A stretch of DNA of 64,000 nt from Fidelibacterota bacterium. GTDB taxonomy: Bacteria > Fidelibacterota > Marinisomatia > SCGC-AAA003-L08 > JACNLC01. How positions within the stretch are numbered: the stretch's first letter is position 1; each line of letters begins with the position of its first letter. Positions 59,127 to 64,000 of this stretch are shown here, one piece after another. The stretch is taken from assembly GCA_014381725.1 (NCBI GenBank), contig JACNLC010000052.1, positions 744-64,743 on the forward strand, given 5' to 3'. A program made the translations under genes and the position numbers. The notes below the pieces were generated by a model that saw only the letters and a program-made list of their open reading frames with translations, did not search any database and was not told the DNA's origin.

Positions 59127-59390
59127 TTATTTTATTTCTAGTGCTTTCTTCTCAACTTCTACAACTCGCCAGTTTTTCAACCTACTCAATGGTTTTGATT
59201 CTATTATTCTTACAAAATCTCCAGCATTGCATAAATTCTTTTCATCATGTGCATAGTATTTTTTATTTTTAGTCACATATTTTTTATAAACTGGGTGAGC
59301 AATTTTACGGCTCACTTGAACAACAGCTGTTTTATCCATTTTGGATTCAATTACAATCCCTTTTAGCTGTCGTCTGTTTTCTTTAGCCAT
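59127..59390 (-). CDS. rpsQ: 30S ribosomal protein S17
   Basis: [29 protein letters not shown]. Confidence 0.94.
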   Translation of the reverse strand: MAKENRRQLKGIVIESKMDKTAVVQVSRKIAHPVYKKYVTKNKKYYAHDEKNLCNAGDFVRIIESKPLSRLKNWRVVEVEKKALEIK

Positions 59391-59393
59391 TTT

Positions 59394-59600
59394 TTAATTC
59401 TCCTTACGAATATCTAATTCGTATTCTCTCAATACTGTTTTTATCTGTGCAATTTCTCTTTTCAATAGTGTAATTTGCTGAGGATGCTCTAATTGCTGAA
59501 GCACTTTTTGAAATCTCAAATTTACTAGAGCTTCATTATTATCTTTTAATTTTGTCTCTAATTCAGCAACTGACAATTCTGTAAGTTCGTGACGCTTCAT
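59394..59600 (-). CDS. rpmC: 50S ribosomal protein L29
   Basis: MKRHELTELSVAELETKLKDNNEALVNLRFQ. The ATG at 59600 abuts the rplP stop (59602). The track ORF extends spuriously into rplP. Confidence 0.92.
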   Translation of the reverse strand: MKRHELTELSVAELETKLKDNNEALVNLRFQKVLQQLEHPQQITLLKREIAQIKTVLREYELDIRKEN

Positions 59601-59601
59601 A

Positions 59602-60021
59602 TTACGCTCCACCCTCTCTTCGATGTACCATTTTTGTTTTGATCGGAAGTTTATGACCACAAAGTCTGAACGCTTCCTGAGCTGTCTCAGCGTCAACACC
59701 ATCTATTTCAAATAAAATACGACCAGGTTTTACAACTGCAACCCAGTATTCCGGAGCACCTTTACCTTTTCCCATACGAGTTTCAGCTGGTTTTTTTGTA
59801 ATAGATTTATGAGGAAATATCCTAATCCACAACCGGCCTAATTTCTTTACTTTTCTTGCAATCGAAATACGCGATGCTTCTATTTGTCTACTGGTTATCC
59901 AACCTGGTTCCATAGCTTTAAGGCCAAATGTGCCAAAGGCTACATAGTCACCAGTAGTTGACATTCCCCTCATTCTACCCTTTTGGGGTTTACGATATTT
60001 AATTTTTTTTGGAGCAAGCAT
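59602..60021 (-). CDS. rplP: 50S ribosomal protein L16
   Basis: [33 protein letters not shown]. Confidence 0.96.
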   Translation of the reverse strand: MLAPKKIKYRKPQKGRMRGMSTTGDYVAFGTFGLKAMEPGWITSRQIEASRISIARKVKKLGRLWIRIFPHKSITKKPAETRMGKGKGAPEYWVAVVKPGRILFEIDGVDAETAQEAFRLCGHKLPIKTKMVHRREGGA

Positions 60022-60030
60022 TTTTTCTTC

Positions 60031-60681
60031 CTAAACCTTATTTATTTTCTTTGCTCTAACTTCACCGTGATAAATCCACACTTTTATACCAATTATTCCA
60101 TAAGTAGTATTTGCTTCAACAATTGCATAATCTATATCGGCTCTCAGTGTATGTAGTGGGACTCTTCCTTCTCTAAAAGTTTCACTTCTAGCAATTTCAT
60201 TTCCACCTAATCTTCCACTAACACAAATACGAATTCCTTCAGCACCCATTGCAATTGTAGATTGGATTGCTTTCTTAACAGCTCGTCTGTATGATACTTT
60301 TTTAACTAACTGTTGTGCAATATTTTGTCCAACCAATTCAGCACTCAATGCAGGTCTTTTGATTTCAGAAATATTAACCTGAATATCATAACCTATCATT
60401 TGCTTAAGTTCATCCTTCAATTTACTAACTTCTTCACCACCTCGTCCAATTACAATACCCGGACGAGCAGTATGTACTGTAACTACTACTTTTTTAGGTG
60501 TTCTGTTTATTTCAACTTTTGCAATACTTGCAGATTTCAACTTAGGATGATTTGTAATATAATTCCTTAAGATGATATCTTCATATAATTTGTCAGCAAA
60601 ATTCTTTTCATCAAACCAAACAGAGTCCCATGCTCGATGAACACCTAAACGCAGACCAATTGGATTAGTTTTTTGTCCCAA
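60031..60681 (-). CDS. rpsC: 30S ribosomal protein S3
   Basis: GQKTNPIGLRLG, KH domain, GRLGGNEIARSE. TTG start. Confidence 0.95.
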   Translation of the reverse strand: MGQKTNPIGLRLGVHRAWDSVWFDEKNFADKLYEDIILRNYITNHPKLKSASIAKVEINRTPKKVVVTVHTARPGIVIGRGGEEVSKLKDELKQMIGYDIQVNISEIKRPALSAELVGQNIAQQLVKKVSYRRAVKKAIQSTIAMGAEGIRICVSGRLGGNEIARSETFREGRVPLHTLRADIDYAIVEANTTYGIIGIKVWIYHGEVRAKKINKV

Positions 60682-60689
60682 TATTTCCC

Positions 60690-61031
60690 CTAACTCTTCT
60701 TATCTGAAATAATAATTGTAATATGACTCGTTCTTTTCAGAATCGGTGTTGCTCTACCCATAGCAGCTGGTCTCCATCTTTTCATAGGAGTTCCGCCATC
60801 AACAAACGCTGTTTTGATATATAATTTATCTGCATCAAAACTTTCTTCCGAAGAAGACAAATTTGCAACTGCAGAATTAATAGTTTTAATAATATATCTT
60901 GCAGCTTTTTTATTTGTAAATCTTAATATTGTTAAAGCATCATTAACTTTTTTACCTCTAACAAGATCCATTACAAATCTAAGTTTGTAAGGTGATTGTC
61001 TAAGATGTCTCGCTCTTGCAGTTGCTTCCAT
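60690..61031 (-). CDS. rplV: 50S ribosomal protein L22
   Basis: ARHLRQSPYKLRFVMDLVRGKKV. Confidence 0.94.
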   Translation of the reverse strand: MEATARARHLRQSPYKLRFVMDLVRGKKVNDALTILRFTNKKAARYIIKTINSAVANLSSSEESFDADKLYIKTAFVDGGTPMKRWRPAAMGRATPILKRTSHITIIISDKKS

Positions 61032-61044
61032 ACTTAACCTTTAT

Positions 61045-61314
61045 TTATATCTTTCTGTCACCTGAATGTGCACGAAATATTCTTGTTGGTGAAAATTCAC
61101 CTAATTTGTGTCCTACCATATTTTCTGATACATAAACTGGTATAAACTTGTGACCATTATGAACAGCAAAAGTAAGTCCAACAAATAGTGGAGATATCGT
61201 AGATCTTCGTGCCCAAGTTTTAATCACTTTTTTCTTACTCGATTTCTTAGCAGCTGTAATCTTCTTTAACAATTTTGGGTCAACAAATGGACCTTTTTTC
61301 AATGACCTTGACAT
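61045..61314 (-). CDS. rpsS: 30S ribosomal protein S19
   Basis: [35 protein letters not shown]. Confidence 0.96.
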   Translation of the reverse strand: MSRSLKKGPFVDPKLLKKITAAKKSSKKKVIKTWARRSTISPLFVGLTFAVHNGHKFIPVYVSENMVGHKLGEFSPTRIFRAHSGDRKI

Positions 61315-61317
61315 TTC

Positions 61318-62145
61318 TTACTTTCTCCGTTTAACAATATAACGATCTGATGCTTTATTCTTCTTACGAGTTTTGTATCCTTTAGCAGGAGTACCCCAAG
61401 GACTCACAGGATGTCGTCCACCTGAAGTTTTACCTTCACCGCCACCATGCGGATGGTCAACTGGATTCATAGCCGCACCTCTAACTTTAGGTCTTCTACC
61501 TAACCAACGACTTCTTCCGGCTTTTCCTAAAACAATGTTTTCATGAGATTTATTCCCAACAACTCCGATTGTAGCAAGACAATCTTGAGGAATCATCCTC
61601 ATTTCGCCTGAGGGTAATCTTAGTGTAATCAATTTCCCTTCTTTTGCCATAACTCTTGCATAGGTACCAGCACTTCGTGCCATCTGTCCACCTTTGCCAG
61701 GTTTCATCTCGATATTATGGATCAAAATACCTTCAGGAATATTTCCCAATGGCAAAGAATTTCCAGTCTTAATAGGAGTTGTGTCTCTAGAAGAAATGAT
61801 TTCGTTTCCAACTTTTAGTCCATCAGGAGCTAAAATATATCTTTTTTCACCATCTTCATATTGCAAAAGAGCAATTCGAGCTGAACGATTTGGATCATAT
61901 TCAATAGCAATAACATTAGCTTTTACATCATATTTATTTCTTTTGAAATCAATAAGTCTATAACGCCGTTTATGTCCACCACCTCTTCTTCTTGAAGTAA
62001 TGCGACCTTTGTTATTTCTACCACCAGTTTTTCTTAACGCTACTGTCAACGATTTTTCAGGGGTCTTTTTAGTAATTTCCTCGAAAGTAGATATAGTTCT
62101 ATATCGTTGAGTTGGTGTTGTTGGTTTTAATTTTCTTATTGCCAT
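61318..62145 (-). CDS. rplB: 50S ribosomal protein L2
   Basis: [27 protein letters not shown]. Confidence 0.96.
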   Translation of the reverse strand: MAIRKLKPTTPTQRYRTISTFEEITKKTPEKSLTVALRKTGGRNNKGRITSRRRGGGHKRRYRLIDFKRNKYDVKANVIAIEYDPNRSARIALLQYEDGEKRYILAPDGLKVGNEIISSRDTTPIKTGNSLPLGNIPEGILIHNIEMKPGKGGQMARSAGTYARVMAKEGKLITLRLPSGEMRMIPQDCLATIGVVGNKSHENIVLGKAGRSRWLGRRPKVRGAAMNPVDHPHGGGEGKTSGGRHPVSPWGTPAKGYKTRKKNKASDRYIVKRRK

Positions 62146-62153
62146 AATATTCC

Positions 62154-62471
62154 CTAAACTTCGCCACCTACAAGATCAATTGTAAAACCATCAGACAAAG
62201 TAACGATGGCTTTTTTCCAGCTTGCACGAAATCCCGATGTTCTTAATACTCGTCCATTGCTTCTAACTGATGTACTTTTTCTTTTGCCTTTAAAATTAAG
62301 AGTCGCAACTTTTTCAACTTTTACATTGAATCTATCTTCAATTGCTTTTTTAATCTCAAGCTTATTCGCACTTTTCTCGACTTGAAATACATATTTACCC
62401 AAGTCATCAGTGAGAGCAGTACTTTTTTCACTCAAAATCGGTTTTATAATGATTGAACTTTTTATTGCCAT
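62154..62471 (-). CDS. rplW: 50S ribosomal protein L23
   Basis: [11 protein letters not shown]...[19 protein letters not shown]. Confidence 0.93.
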   Translation of the reverse strand: MAIKSSIIIKPILSEKSTALTDDLGKYVFQVEKSANKLEIKKAIEDRFNVKVEKVATLNFKGKRKSTSVRSNGRVLRTSGFRASWKKAIVTLSDGFTIDLVGGEV

Positions 62472-62472
62472 A

Positions 62473-63102
62473 TTAATTCGCCAATTGTGTGTTTATTATT
62501 TCAATTCCAGCTTTATCTATCAATAATTTCTGGCAATCCAACATATCGTATGTTGATGCAGAAGTAGCAGGAACTATATATACATTTTTCAAATTCCTAA
62601 CACTTAACCAAAGATTTTCACTCATATCAGCAACCATTATCGTGATTTTTGTGTCAGATAATTTCAAACTATCTAGTATAGCAGTAAAATCTTTAGTTTT
62701 AGGTGTTTCTACATTAAGATTATCTAAAACCATTAAGTTACCTGAAGCTACTTTATCTGACAAAACGCTTTTTCGAGCAAGTTGCCTAACTTTACGGTTA
62801 ATCTTAACATTATAACTTCTTGGTTTAGGGCCAAATGCAGCAGCACCATGAACTCGTGCAGGATTTCTCAAAGAACCAATTCTTGCTCTTCCAGTACCTT
62901 TCTGTCTCCATGGCTTTTTCCCACTTCCACTAACTTCACCACGAGTTTTTGATGAGCTTGTACCTTGACGCAAAGCCGCCATCTCAGATTTTACTGTCAG
63001 ATAAACACAATGCTTGTTTGGTTCTATCCCAAACACATTATCATTGAGCTCTACTTTAGAACTAGCTTTTTCACCTGTTTTTTTGTAAATATTTAATTTC
63101 AT
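62473..63102 (-). CDS. rplD: 50S ribosomal protein L4
   Basis: KPWRQKGTGRARIGS, position between rplC and rplW. Confidence 0.95.
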   Translation of the reverse strand: MKLNIYKKTGEKASSKVELNDNVFGIEPNKHCVYLTVKSEMAALRQGTSSSKTRGEVSGSGKKPWRQKGTGRARIGSLRNPARVHGAAAFGPKPRSYNVKINRKVRQLARKSVLSDKVASGNLMVLDNLNVETPKTKDFTAILDSLKLSDTKITIMVADMSENLWLSVRNLKNVYIVPATSASTYDMLDCQKLLIDKAGIEIINTQLAN

Positions 63103-63107
63103 ATTCT

Positions 63108-63734
63108 TTATTTAGTTATATACACAATACCGTTATTTGCACCTGGTACAGCACCTTTAACAAATAGAAGGTTTTTATCAGTATCAACTTGAACAATAAT
63201 TAGATTTTTCATAGTAACTCTATCACTACCCATTCTACCAGCCATACGAGAACCAGGCCATACTCTAGCTGGGCTAGCACTAGCACCAACAGAACCTGCT
63301 TTACGCATTACACTATTTTTCCCGTGTGTTCGGCTACCACCATGAAATCCATGTCTCTTCATATGACCAGCAAAACCTTTACCCTTTGAAACTCCTGTAA
63401 CATTTACAATATCACCAATGTCAAACATTTCAACAGTTAATGTATCACCAACTTTTGCACTATGTTTTGTTCCAACACGATATTCCTTTAACTCTTTTTT
63501 TGGAGTTGTAGCAGCTTTAGTAAAATGACCTTTAGAAGCTTTATCTGTTCGATTTTCTTTTTTCTCATCAAAACCAATTTGAATAGCATCATAGCCATCA
63601 GATTTTTCGGTTTTAATCTGCGTAATATTGCATGGTCCTGCTTCAATGATAGTAACTGGATAATCAACGCCTTCTTCATTAAAGATGCGTGTCATACCCA
63701 CTTTTTTGCCTATTATCATGTGATTATTTTGCAT
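63108..63734 (-). CDS. rplC: 50S ribosomal protein L3
   Basis: IGKKVGMTRIF, GKGFAGHMKRHGF. I prefer the ATG at 63734 (AGGA 9 nt upstream, 4 nt after the rpsJ stop). The track start at 63761 overlaps rpsJ. Confidence 0.94.
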   Translation of the reverse strand: MQNNHMIIGKKVGMTRIFNEEGVDYPVTIIEAGPCNITQIKTEKSDGYDAIQIGFDEKKENRTDKASKGHFTKAATTPKKELKEYRVGTKHSAKVGDTLTVEMFDIGDIVNVTGVSKGKGFAGHMKRHGFHGGSRTHGKNSVMRKAGSVGASASPARVWPGSRMAGRMGSDRVTMKNLIIVQVDTDKNLLFVKGAVPGANNGIVYITK

Positions 63735-63738
63735 ACTT

Positions 63739-64000
63739 CTATGTCCTAATCTCAATATCAACGCCAGCAGGCATATCTAACTTCATTAAAGCATCAACAG
63801 TTTTAGAAGAAGAGTTCATAATATCTACAATTCTTTTATGAATCTTCATTTGAAATTGCTCTCTTGATTTTTTATCAACATGTGGAGAGCGATTTACTGT
63901 ATAGATACTTCGCTTAGTAGGTAAAGGGATAGGTCCCAAAACCATAGCACCCGTCGTTTTTGCTGTTTTAACAATCTTGTCTGTTGATTTATCCAGCAAA
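63739..64000 (-). CDS. rpsJ: 30S ribosomal protein S10 (partial; N-terminus lies beyond window end)
   Basis: [39 protein letters not shown]. Confidence 0.94.
   Translation of the reverse strand, partial: LLDKSTDKIVKTAKTTGAMVLGPIPLPTKRSIYTVNRSPHVDKKSREQFQMKIHKRIVDIMNSSSKTVDALMKLDMPAGVDIEIRT

Noticed and set aside
1-64000. Search for tRNA/rRNA/tmRNA/RNase P/SRP RNA genes, CRISPR repeats, IS elements or transposases, prophage genes, and stop-codon reassignment
   Set aside because: No GC-rich tRNA-like segments (for example a GGTTCGAATCC T-arm) and no regularly spaced direct repeats were seen. No transposase, integrase or reverse-transcriptase-like ORFs are present. All conserved genes read through intact with the standard code, so no recoding is indicated. 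This was by-eye screening only, so short or divergent elements could be missed.

Overview
AT-rich, very gene-dense bacterial chromosomal segment. About 95% of the coding sequence is on the minus strand, and many start/stop codons overlap by 1-11 nt. I found no rRNA, tRNA, CRISPR array, transposase, integrase or phage genes, so this looks like core genome rather than an accessory island. Several families (GWxTD-domain lipoprotein, BatA_N-type double-TM protein, Reg_prop-like propeller, long-form CysE) suggest an uncultivated FCB-group-like lineage, but the sequence alone cannot prove that.

Content from left to right:
- a surface-polysaccharide block (wzz-like, wza-like, sugar dehydrogenases, rfbCAB, ugd)
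- tsaD
- cmk-rpsA, where S1 carries a long basic low-complexity extension
- a contiguous mtaB-purN-purH-mreBCD-mrdA-rodA array
- a DUF4395-like/cysE/cysK operon
- a gpmI-led operon of poorly characterised secreted proteins plus a Cas4-like nuclease
- a 4-subunit 2-oxoacid:ferredoxin oxidoreductase - buk - ptb - unknown Rossmann protein operon
- hutUI
- the S10/spc/alpha ribosomal-protein superoperon (rpsJ to rplQ)

The most interesting candidate is a 24-codon ORF with four consecutive Cys codons, followed by an intrinsic terminator that abuts the cysteine-biosynthesis operon. This looks like a Cys-sensing leader-peptide attenuator. Secondary items are the start-less butyrate kinase, terminators placed against or inside downstream genes, and the uncharacterised 567-aa protein in the fermentation operon.

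Small-feature coordinates were counted by hand and may be off by 1-2 nt. Around 39470-39535 my manual count disagreed with the ORF track by 1 nt, and I trusted the track.
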